Positions 14,278-26,923 of a DNA stretch of 64,000 nucleotides are shown in pieces (position 1 is the first letter of the stretch; each line of letters starts with the position of its first letter). The DNA is from the human T2T-CHM13v2.0 reference genome, Homo sapiens. Below the pieces are notes generated by a model that had not been told where the DNA came from, made no database searches, and saw nothing but the letters and a program-made list of their open reading frames with translations. Where the stretch lies: NCBI RefSeq assembly GCF_009914755.1, contig NC_060929.1, one strand, 5' to 3'. Both the position numbers and the translations under genes were made by a program.

Positions 14278-17200
14278 GGTCTCCTCTTGTGGTGTTTTTT
14301 TTTTTTTTTTTTTTTTTAAACTGAGTTTCTCTAATTTGGTGACTGGCTATGGTATGTAGTAAATGGGGCCCTGTATATGGGATTGCCAACCCCTGATGAC
14401 AAATGTCAGATGCTATCAGGGAGAGCAAGAACACAGATTTTGTGAACCACAGTAGCACTGCAGATCACAAAGGGATTCTCAGAGGTCGATAAAGCATCAC
14501 CAAGGTACTAGAAGGTTTGGTAAGTTGAACAATGAGAATAAGAAGTAGAGCAAATTAATTATAGACAGCTCTTCAATCTATGGTAATTACATGCTCCGAT
14601 AAAACACTGAAGTCCAATATAATTTGTATTTAAAAACTGTTTAATAAGGCCATATGTTTCTGCAAAGAATGGCCTTACATTTCATAACTATGACCTTAAT
14701 CACCATATTTGATTAATTATTTTATCCATTTTAATGGAAATAAATGGGCTGTGGATAATGTAAAGCTTTGGAAGCTGCACACAAATAAATGAAATGGGGC
14801 AATCAGTCATAGAGAGTTTCATTTAGTTTTCTCTAGATGAGTGCTCCAGGAGGATGGCTGTCTAGAGCAGGGGAAGGGTCTGGGGCAACATTCAGAAGGC
14901 TGGTGAAAATGAAAGTCACAGTGACACAAGAAAACACCATCTTGTGGTAAGTCAGTTGGAGCAGAAGAGGTAGCCATTTATCTTTTAGATGAAATCTGTG
15001 GCTGGAGTATCGGATTCCAAACTCCACAGCGTTGTCCCTAGCTAGCCAATCTTCCCCACCACATGAAATGTGTGGAAATATACGCACAGGGGGCCAGCCA
15101 GAGCAGAGGAACCCTTTATTACCAGGGGGGCTTTCACCCAGACCCTAACAAGGAACTTGAGTGAGCTAGACTGCCCATGTGGGTCACAGAAATTCGATTC
15201 AGGAACATTGGGCTAGGCTGCAGAGGACCACTGTGCCCAAAGGCATGCCCTGCTCCCGGGAGGCTGGTTGCAGAAAGGAGCTCTGAGCTCCTGAGGCCAC
15301 CATGGAGGTCCTGGAGATTTAATTCTATTAATAGTTCCTCTTAAGATACTCACCATATCAACTTGCTGGGCCTGTTTTCTCATTTGTGAACAAGTTTGAG
15401 GAATGGGGAGATTGAATAAGACAACCTCGAAACCTTCCTTTGAGCATTAGCTTTCCGATTCTTGGGTTCTGGGCAGGGTGTGGCAGGAAGTGTCATGGAG
15501 AGCTGAGGTGGGGGTAGGGGTGGGGACTTTGGTCCTCCATATCCGGACATATGAACAGACAGGTGATGGCACAGTTTCTGTGGTATGTGCTGCAGATGTC
15601 TTAAATAGCCACCAAGTGGCTGGACTGGCTGAGTGGCGGTTTGAATTGCACCAAGTTGAGTATTTTTAGTTGGATACCACAGATAGTGCATTTATGGCCT
15701 TAGTTCACCGAATAGAGGGGTCGTTTCCTTTGCCGAACCAGAATTGGATGTTGGCTGCCAGGCTTGTGTTCTGGGACATCCAGATGTCGGGGTATTGTGG
15801 GAGCGGTGCACATGAAGGAAGCTCAGTGACTCCTGGCAGGTACTTCTGTTATAAAGCGGTTTCAAAGCCGTAGACACCTTTTATTCAGGGCTGGTAAGCT
15901 TCACTGGTGTTTTTGGTCTCCTGCTTTTTTTTTTTTTTTTTAAATCTGATTACAATGGTGTTGCACACTGTTGTGGTTTATCGTTTTTTAGTGATCCTGT
16001 TGCTCAATAACCCTCCAGTGCTCTGCTCTGAAACAGCACCAGAACTCCACCTAAGCGAGAGGTTGCTTATTTGTTTTTAATGTTAGTCTATATAAGTCAA
16101 TGGTCCCAAACTCAAATGTCCACAGGAACCAGGCAAGTAATATGAATGTGTAAATAGTGCTCTATGTGAACAATCTCAAGTCGTGAGACCTGTGGTAAAT
16201 TTAGAAACAACAGGTCTCATCTAAAGGCATTGAGGTTCAGTTAAAAAACTTAAAACAAACAAAGAAACAAAAAACTACATGAGGTGGGTTCGGTCCCAAG
16301 GCTACCAGCTTACGATCCTTGGGCTATAAGCCATCTGACTTCAACTATCACTGCTGTGTTTGCTCAGTCTCAGAGGTACCGTATTTATGGATGTGAGCCT
16401 TTTATAGTTTCATTTATATACTTGATTTCAGCTTTTGCCTTAGATGAGAAGACTGGCTAACTCTGGGATAAGAGTGCCACGAAAATTTTCACCCACAGAT
16501 TGGAAGCACATCAAAAGAAATCATATCTTCACGGAAGTCATTTTTTTTTGGTTCCTGGCCTTTAGGGGCTGAATCTGTTTAGAGAAGTAGAGATGGAAAT
16601 CTCAATCAAAACAGTTCTGAGTATTTTACATCATTTAAAAAAATTTGCATCACTGAAGAGAAGGAACCCTAATCATTTGAAACTCTCACTTCTGCTTTGC
16701 AAGTTGTCTGCTGGCTATATTCAGTCCTCTTTGTCTTCTTGGTCTTAGGCAGGCATGGGGTTAGTGGCCAGGGCAGAACTGGGAATGGGACAAGTTTGTG
16801 TTCATTCTTCTCCCTACCCTTGTAACAGCCTTAATTTCTGTATCTCTGTTTCCTATCTGGGGTGCCCTCTAGTCCTCATCTCTGAAGGGAAGGAACAAAG
16901 AGATGAGTGAATTCTTTACTCTTAGCTGTTAGTCATCCACCGGCTTTTCCTCCAAGGGATGTTTAGTGTTTTTAAAAGAACCTGATGGTAGAACAGAAAA
17001 TCAGAGTTTAACCCAAGGTATCACCCTTCTAATGATAGTATTTCCTGTACTGCTAAGAGCATAATCTGGGGCTTGGTAGCCTCTCAGAGATAGCACCTTG
17101 TGTTGTCCCCTTTAGGTTAGAGCTGCGGAACCAGCACCAGCCACTGAACATGAAGAAGGTTTTGACTTTATCTTTTTAAATTTGCATTATTCAGACCCAT

Positions 17201-18917
17201 GTCAGAGTCCACGAAAATTCTTGCAAATGTGTTTTTGTAAGAGCTGGGTGTCACCCTGCTTCCCCGTATTTGGTGTTGGCCAATGGGAGAGTTATGGGAA
17301 TGTCATATTCCTTCCTCAAAGCCACTTAAAGCTGTGCTAAATTTGCAGGGTTTTTTTTTGATAATGCTTTCTCCTCAGGGTACTCTCTCAACTTACTCCC
17401 TTCAGGAAAATTTCTTGAATGAATAGTCCACCAGTGCTGTCTCTGCTTTCTCAACACCAGATCATTCTGCAACCTCTTGCAATTTGGCTGCTATCTCTAG
17501 TCATGTTACTAAGTTATCTTTCTCAAAGAATCTCCATTGGTCACCCAACCATCATAGCCATTGGTCTTCAGCCTTCACTTCTGACTGGTTATTCTCTACC
17601 TGGGGGCATTTTTCTTTCTTTTCTCCCTCTCTTCCTCTTCTTTGGCTGGCGTTACTTTTTTCAGTCTCTGAAGGGAAGCTCACTCCTAGGAGACTTGCTT
17701 AATAGAATGTTTATCGCCTGCATGTCTTTAGCAAAGAGGTGTCTGGAATTCCCATCTGGGATTTATTAGTCTAAATATTCAGGTGGTCCAGTGCCGGATG
17801 TTAGTTCTTAACTTAAAGGAAACAAAGTTTCCAATCCGAGGATGGTGAGATTGCTGCTGTTCTACAGTGGGCAGCCGCTGCTGGTGTCTTGCTTGCCCTG
17901 GAAATGCCATCAACTGAAATGGAATTTTGTTCAATCCATCTTATTAATAGTTCCTAAAGCAATTGTGGTGGGGTTGATAGGTGGCTAGTAAGGTTGCCTC
18001 TGTAAAGATAAGCACAATCCATTAATTAAGTCTGGAGTCCACTGGACTTCTACCGGGGATGTTTGCATTTGCTCGGCACTCTGTTTATAAGGATGTCGAA
18101 GGAAGTGCGTCCATTCTGTGCATGTTGTAAAACAGAAGGTTTGCAGCTGTCAGATTTATTTTTTTCTTGGCTCCTTTTCTGACAGAACTTTTGTAAACTT
18201 GATAGTTTTATAGATTGTCGAAAATTACTAACCTCGGTTCTGCAGATGCCATGCAGATTTTCTTGTCTTGTTTTCTTTCTTTGAAGATAGCAGATATTTA
18301 TGTACATAGTTTCTTGTAAGGTACTTTTTGGGGAAGAGGAGATTAAGATTATTCTTATATGCTATCATAATTCAGTATTATGAAATTATTAAATGATTAT
18401 TTTATTAGTTATATAGTGCTTTGAAAGTGTCCAGCATGCATTGTATGCTCTAGAAAGGAGAACAAACAAATGCAAGGTATAATCTTGTGTTTTAAATAGC
18501 TTATGGAGCTGCCTCAAAGACAACTAACATCAAGATTATCAACTTTAAGTATAGCACAAGTTCACTGTAGAAGTATAGGTCCACTGTGGGCTTCAGTAGG
18601 CTTTTAAGAGGAGTTGGGACCTGAGTATGGCTTTGGGTAGGGTAAAAAGCGGATATAACAGCTGAAAAAATAGACCAGCAGCAGCTGCCCCCGCTGTGTG
18701 ACCACACAGGGTGTCATGATTCATCATAAGGTTTGTCTCAAGTAATTTCCAGTTAATGAAAACAAGTGTCAAAAATTTCTGAATGATTCCTTTTCAAACC
18801 ACTCATATCTATGTGTGTGTGGGCGCACATTCATGATTTTGCCTCAAGTAGCATCATTCACACTCACTTGCATTGCCATTGCTTTCTTTGAGAGTGAGAA
18901 GTTGGTACTTCAGCTGG

Positions 18918-19317
18918 TGTATTAGTCTGTTTTGCATTGCCAAAAAGAAGAACCTGAGTAATTTATAAAGAAAAGAGGTTTATTTGGCTCCTGATTCTGC
19001 AGGCTATGCAAGCATGGCACCAGCATCTGCTCAGTTTCTGTTGAGGCTTCAGGAAGTTTTTCCTCATGGCAGAGGTGAAGAAGGAGCAGATGTGTCACAC
19101 AGAGAGGGAGCAAGAGAGAGGGGAGGAGGTACCAGGCTCTTTTAAAGAACCAGCTCTCGCATGAACTAATAGAGCAAGGACTCACTCATTACCATGGGGA
19201 GGGCACCAAGCCATTCATTAAGGATCCACCTCCATGACCCAAACACCTCCTATCAGGCCCCACCTCCATCACATTTCAACATGAGGCTTGGAAGGGACAA
19301 ACATCCACACTGTAATA
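18918..19317 (-). mobile_element. MSTB-like MaLR solo LTR
   Basis: tgtattagtctgttttgcattgc ... aaagaaaagaggtttatttggctc ... gggacaaacatccacactgtaata; 5-bp TSD GCTGG at 18913-18917 and 19318-19322. Confidence 0.88.
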
Positions 19318-19810
19318 GCTGGCATCCTGGGAATGGGGCCTCACCCACAGCCTGTCCTATTGGTGTTGCCTTCATGGGTGCAAGGACTGAGGCAGCCAAT
19401 TCTTGTGTGGCAGGTATGAATTAACATATTTCTAGCCTCAGTGAGCATTTGAATTTTCAACCCACTGTCTTGTTTAAGGGAAACTAGCTTAAAATCTGTT
19501 AGGCAACGCTAACTAGAGATGATGGCTTTACTGACTGCTGCAGGAATGGAGAGAAAAAAAGGCCAATCCAGGAAACATTTTGATGTGAGATTAGAAATAA
19601 GGGGAGACAGAGCAGCATAAGTCAAAGATAATTGTAAGGTTTGTAGCCCCCAGTGCCTAAGTGAGAAAAATTTATAAAGAAATATAATATTAAGTACGGT
19701 TAATATTAAGGCTCCATCTGTGCCTTCAGGGATACCCCTAGATAGGGCGAGCCTAAGGAACCATTCAAGCAGACAGGTCCTAATGGCAGCTGGAAACATG
19801 TAGGCTAGAG

Positions 19811-21682
19811 CAGAGCCTTCCAAATGTTCTTGGCTCATGCACCCTTAGTGGTCTCAGTAATTTTTTTCATGCCATTTCTAGGACAAAAGAAATACTTAGC
19901 AGTTTCATTTGTTAAGTACTTAGTTCCAAACAACTTAGTATTTCTGTATTGATAACTTTGTAGTTGTACAAAATAATACATATATATTGAAATATTTAAA
20001 AATAATGTTTTTACGTTACTCTTCATTTCTTAATGGAATGTATGTACCTGTTGGGCATTGCATATATTGGTCAGGGTCTAATGAGAATATAAAGTACACA
20101 GTAATTTAAAGGAAAGTTTAAAATAAACAAGTATTAGCTAGGAAAACAATATGACAGTTCCTTTAAAAATGAAAAATAGAATTACCATATGATTTAGCAA
20201 TTTTACTTCTGGGTATATACTCAAAAGAATTGAAAAGGCATCTCAAAGAGATATTTGTAAACCAAAACCCAAAAGGTGGTAGCAATCCAGGTATCCATCT
20301 ACAGAAGGATGTATAAACAAAATGTGATATACACATACAATGGAATATCACCCAGCCTTAAAAAGGAAGAAAGGAAGGAAAGTCTGACCTGCTACCATGT
20401 GGATGAATCTTGAGGATGTTAAGTGAGATAAGCCATCACAAAAAGACAAATACTCTTTAATTCCACTGAATGTAAGTTACCTGGAGTAGTCAAATTTATA
20501 GAGACAAAAAGTAGAATGGTGGTTGCCAGGGGCTGACAGGAGCAGAGAATGGCGAATTAGTCTTCAGTGGGTACAGAGTTTCAGTTTTGCAAGATGAAAA
20601 AAGTTCTAGAGATGGATAGTGGTGATGATTGTACAACAATGTGAATGTACTTAATTCTCCTGAACTGTATATTTAAAATTATTAAGATGGTAAATTTTAT
20701 ACTATATGTATTTTGCCACAATTTTTAAAAAATACAAAAGAAAACTGTTAAGAAAAAGAGAAGTAGTTCACTATAATGGGGACTAGCTAATAGGAAGTAA
20801 AGAGAACTTTAAATAACAGAGGAATAGCAGATATAAGGAGCAGCCCCTACCCGTGGGCCGTGGGTCTGATAGAGCACCCAAACACATGCTTCTCTCTGCT
20901 CCAGACCTTGCTGGAGAGGTCATGGCCTGCTGTGGCTCCTGGGCTGGCAGAGAAGTCACTGGGGTGCTATGCTGGCAGAACTTGCTAGAAATCTACCCTC
21001 TAAGATGCTAAGGAAAGCTATTCATGTGGAGGTCTTTCACTGGATGCATTCTGCTGCAAAATCAACCGAGAGGGATGCCAGTGGAAGCTGCTGGAGGCTG
21101 GGAGGTGCTGACCATCATGTTCAGCAGGAGCCAGTTGCTGAAGAAGGTGTGGATACTCTAGGAGCCATGCGTGTTTGCAGCAGCCTGCAGAAAGAGTGTA
21201 CCGGAACCAGGAAGGAAAACTGCTTCTTTCTGTAATGTCTCTACAGTACTCTCCACTGATGAAGCTTAGAATGGTACCAGCTAACAAAAGAAAAAATATG
21301 TAAAGGTCCCTTCTGTGTCTTCACATAGTGAGTAATGAAGGGTGAATTTCGAGCTGTGAGGCAGTAAACTTATTGCAGTTCCTCAAACTTAGAAATTGGG
21401 TTGAATCCCAATACCCTAATTTCCTGTTCCACATCACATTTCAACTAATACTTGCCTTTTATCACAGCAACCACCAACAACCTAGCTTTGCAAAGAAATG
21501 ACATCATCAAAAGGAAAATAACACAATATGTTAAACTGTGAATTCGCTTGAAATAGTCATTCATGCAAGCATCTGAGAAATGTTGTGTATTGCTTTGTTT
21601 CCCTCAAAGACAAAATATCCTGCACACCTCTGTGAATTTGCTGTAGTGCCCTGAGGTACACTGGCACATAATTTGGGGACCT
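19811..21682. mobile_element. Nested cluster: hAT-Charlie MITE (MER119-like, ~19811-20062 and ~21375-21682) split by an ERVL-type LTR (~20063-21375), itself split by an L1
   Basis: MITE reads ...cctgttgggcattgca and resumes gttcctcaaacttagaaat after an LTR-like block ending gagctgtgaggcagtaaac. Family names from recall. Confidence 0.55.
20140..20740 (+). mobile_element. L1MB-type LINE-1 3' end
   Basis: gaattaccatatgat ... cttctgggtatatac ... gtagaatggtggttgccaggggct ... atgtgaatgtacttaa, then A-rich end. Confidence 0.9.
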
Positions 21683-23424
21683 CAGAACTAAAATCATGTC
21701 TTTTTCAGCAACTCTTGACCGCATCACTGTAACATATGAGATTGTAAGATGCCAATTTGGTTAAGACTACGAGTAATGTGTAAAGTGAAAATTGTATGGG
21801 GTCAGTATTATTTTAAAAATCCTCTTAGGAAGTTACCAGGTTGGAGGCTGATATACCATCTCCTATTAAGTATAAGACTTACTGCCACTGTTTCCTTAGC
21901 ATTGAAACAGGTTGCTATTTCTTTAAGACCAGATACTAGAGTTAGCTTGTCTTTGAGGCATTTTGCTAAGAAACAATACCTTGCCTTAAACACAACATTC
22001 ATTATCAGTGTGTGAGATGCTCACAGTGTAAAAGTCCATGCAGAGACTAGAGGGAGAAGAGGGAACAGCAAATTCCCAGCTCCTTCTCATGCTTACTCTG
22101 CAGCATAAAATCATTAGGGGGAATGGTAGCCAATGTACCCATTTAGATCATTTCTTTCTATCTGATATGGGCTGATTATATATCACTGAAATTGAGAAAA
22201 TTAAATGGCATATGATGGGGCTTTGCTAAGTTCAGTAGTAAAATGTCTGTTGAAACAGACTTCAGATTGAAAAGGTTGGTGAATTTTAGATCTCCTGTTT
22301 GTACTAGGAAATTTATGGACTTAATATCATCTTTTTTAGGTAGGCTAGCACATTGTTCAGGTGAGCAGTTTCTCAGAAAATGCATTCATTTTCATGATGC
22401 CTACAACTTTGTGAATCATAACTAGTATATATTTCTGCAGCTCTTCTTTAAGGAGAGGCTGAGTAACTTAAATTTTGTAACCTGACCTATTCAAGAGGAA
22501 AAACTTCTGATGCATGCCTTTCACTGCTACCTGCAAAAATAACCTCCCATTTTTCCTGAAGCCCTGTTTGGGTAAGTTCTGCTTCAGTTCACATTTTCAC
22601 CACCTGCTGAGTTTTTCTGTTGAGTGTCAGCCTTGGCTACTCTCAACTGCAAGCCTATGTCAGCCTTTTCTGTCTCCTAAGCAGTCATCAGTTGGCACAA
22701 TTGTTAATAGATTCTACCCATGTCAGAAACTCAATGCCAAAATCAAATTATGGCAACTAGAAGTGGGTTAGACTTTCAAATAGATCTCAGACCAGGAGTC
22801 TGTGGTCCAGATTCCACAAATGGAGTACTACATTTGTCTTCTTTGTGCATTTCACATTTCAAATTTTGTTCAGAAACTTGAATAAAGCTCTTAACTGCTC
22901 AAATACAGTCAAGTAGGGCCCCTTACTCAACCTGTCTTGGCATTGTTTTCTGCCCCCTTGGAGTGAGCACACTGAGGAGAAAGATTATCACTGGGTGTCT
23001 TGAGCAGAGCTGCTTGCTTCTGAATGCTCACGATAATCAATAGCAGATGTGTGGTAAGCACTGGAAAGTTGCATAACTGTCTCACACTGAATTCAGCTAC
23101 ATCAGCCAGGCAATGTGAGGGGTCTCCACTAGGTTGTTGAAAATAAAATTTAGTTTAAAACCTATGTTTATCTCATCACAAAATTATTTCCTTGCCATAA
23201 GGAGTAAAGGCAGTGGTTAGAGTGGAAATAATTTGACAATTACTGCCCTTAGACTTGAATTTTAGTTTAGTATACACAGGAACTTTCTAACGGTTAGGAT
23301 GGAAATGGAGTTGTTTTTTCAAGGAGGCTGTCTCTGGTAATAAAGTTTGTCAAGGCAATTCTGGATGAATGTCTGTTGCCGGTGATGTGATAGGAGATTG
23401 CTTCACCAGCCAGGTAGAGGATTA

Positions 23425-23742
<318 letters not shown>

Positions 23743-24961
23743 TGAATAGACAACATCTAAGGTTTCTTTCAAGCCTGAGTTCCACACTGTGATTTTTGAT
23801 ACCTTTTTCCTTCTGCTGCTTTTCTGAAGGAAGGCTGAGGATGCCTTGGTCAGATGTGATGTCGTGCTGTCCTGGCCACCTCAGCCCCACCTTTCCTCTT
23901 CTTCCTGGTGAATCCCTTCTGTGGCCCCTCTCATGCTGTTTCCATTTTGACCCCATTCACCTGAGCACAGGAAAGAAATTCAGCCCTTTTGTTTTCCTTT
24001 TCCATTGCTAGACCACACACATTAAATTGCCACACCTATCTGGAATATTTACAGAGCCAGCATTTAGGGCCTCCATATAGACACTCTTAAACAATCTGGG
24101 ACAATCTGGCCTTAATCATGATTATATTTGGAAAAGTGAAGAGGGGAACCTCATGATTTTCAGTGTTCCATCATGTTCTTTACTCATTTCATCATTATAA
24201 CAACCCTGTTAAATAAGTGACTTCATTCTTATTGTACAGATGTGCAAACAAAAGCACAGAGAGGTTAAATGACTTTGCCTATTTTTAGAGGAAAAATGAA
24301 GAAATAATGAATAGGAAGAAAACCCATCTTAATGCAAATGAGGCACAGCCAGTGCTTGCTCCGCTGATGCGGGTGTCAGTAATCAGGGCCAGGTCTCCCA
24401 AATTGAGTCTGGTGTTCTTTTCCTTGCTCCTGGCAGCCCATATCCGATGAGGCTTACTGAACTTTTAATTAAGGTCCTTACTGAACTTTTGATTTAAAAA
24501 AAAGATTCATAGTTTCAGGCAGCTGAATAAATAGAAGCTATTGAATTTATAGCATATTTAAAGCATTGAATATCAGGAATTGAATGGCTTCAGTTTAAAG
24601 CTGTGATCAAGTCATTTGAACAGAGAGATTTGACGATGGTTCAATGCTAGAACCATGGCCAGCCATAAACTCTATGGGGACCTCCCAATATTAGCAATCT
24701 TTGAGTTACTCCTCTGCAAAATAAGGGACTTGGATTTTATAGGAACAGTTTAATACAGTGAGAAAGTCTGGATATAGGAGACAGGAGGCTTAGATTGCAT
24801 TCATTGTGGTCTAAAGAACATTATTACTTAGTTTTGTGACCTTGAGCAAATCATGTAACCTCCATTTCTTTAATTACATATCTGTAAAATGAGTATGATG
24901 ACCCAAGGGGGCTAATTTGGGAGTCTAAATAAAACCTAATACAAGACATTACTGCTAAGTA

Positions 24962-25304
24962 CATCCAGCCCTCCATATCTGTGCGTTCCATATTCATGGA
25001 TTTGGCATCTGTGGATTCAATCAACAGCAGATCAATAATATTCTGAGGGAAAAAAAATTCCACTAAGTTCCAAAAAGCCAAACTTGAATGTGCCGCTACT
25101 ATGTTGAATTTACGTGAATGAAGTGCTATGTAGCCATTGTATTAGGAATTATAAGCAATCTAGAGATAATTTAAAGCATATGGGATGATATATGTAAGTT
25201 ATATGCAAATACTTCACCATTTTTTATGAGACTTGAGCATCTTCGGATTTTGGTATCCTCAAGGGTCTTGGAACCAATCTCCCACAGATGCTGAGGAATG
25301 ACTG
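24962..25304. mobile_element. MER2/MER2B (TcMar-Tigger MITE)
   Basis: ccctccatatctgtg ... aaattccactaagttccaaaaagccaaacttgaa ... ggaaccaatctcccacagatgctgaggaatgactg; degenerate terminal inverted repeats. Confidence 0.8.
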
Positions 25305-25746
25305 TGTTATAAAAGAAGGACCGTGGGTCATAAATTGTTCAGATAATATTTTCTGACCTGATTTGGAGAGTATGCTTGTGTTTTATCATCTGCTAAAAGC
25401 TTTTTAACAAGGAAGATTTCTTAGAAGAGAAATACACCTAGAAAGCCTAGGAAACAAGCACATCCCAGATGTATTATTGTCTCTCTGTGTGTGCTCATCT
25501 CCGATGTCAGCAATTCTTCCCATTCTCTCAGAATTAGGCACTCACATCCAGAGCATTAGTGAATGTGTAGAATTTATGGGAGAAGTCACTGGGCAGACTG
25601 AGGAGAGGGATTACCCATAACTTCAAACTCCCAGGACTGGCCACCAGTGGCTTTCTCCTTCCCTCATCTCCACACTCATCCTCAGCATCTTCCTCTCACA
25701 TGGTTCTGCCCCAGCCCACATCAGCCTCCCCAGTCTTATCCCAGTG

Positions 25747-25788
25747 CAGATGGTCCCTGACTTACAATTTTTTAACTCTATGTGTATT

Positions 25789-25819
<31 letters not shown>

Positions 25820-25830
25820 AGAGGGGTCTC

Positions 25831-25875
<45 letters not shown>

Positions 25876-26477
25876 AGAGAGAGGGGTCTCACTCTGTTGC
25901 CCAGGCTGGAATTCAGTGTATGATCATAGCTCACTGTAGCCTTGAACTCCTGGGCAAGAGTGATCCTCCTGCCTCAGTCTCCCAAGTGGCTAGGACTACA
26001 GGCATGCACCACCATACTCGGTTAACCTTTTAAAAATTTTTTTGTAGAGTTAGGGTCTCTCTATGTTGTCCAAGCTGGTCTCAAACTTCTGGCCACAAAC
26101 AATCCTTGCACCTCAGCCTCCCAAAGTGCTGGGATTAAATTCATGAGCCAGTGTGCCCAGCCTTACTCTATTTGTATTGTACTAAAAGTGATACACATTC
26201 AGTAGAAACTATACTTTGAACACCCATACAACCATTCTGCTTTTTTTGCTTTCAGTGCAGTGTTAAAAAGTTACCTGAGATAGTCAACATTTTATTATAA
26301 AATAGGCTTTGTACTAGATAATTTAGCCTAACTGTAGGCTAATGTAAGTGTTCCGAACACATTTTAGGTGGGCTAGGCTAAGCTATGGTGTTGAGTATGT
26401 TAGGTGTATTAAATATATTTTCAGCTTATGATGGTTTTATCCTGATGTAGCCCCATCGCTAAGTTGAGGAGCATCTG
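25747..26477 (-). mobile_element. MER47A (Tigger MITE) interrupted by AluJ
   Basis: Terminal inverted repeats cagatggtccctgacttac and taagttgaggagcatctg; internal gctaggctaagctatg. Confidence 0.85.
25788..26162 (-). mobile_element. AluJ with tail converted to duplicated (TG)n(AG)n microsatellite
   Basis: J-type body at 25875-26162; approximate TSD actctat(g/t)tgtatt on both sides. Confidence 0.9.
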
Positions 26478-26539
26478 TACTCAGCACTTAAGGCTACTTG
26501 AGGCACAGAGCTTGATCTTCTGCAAAAGTGTATAAATGA

Positions 26540-26923
<384 letters not shown>

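Noticed and set aside
24453-24490. Short direct repeat cttactgaactttt (similar case ggaacctggaatct at ~45719-45756)
   Set aside because: Two-copy local slippage duplications; not an array and not CRISPR-like.
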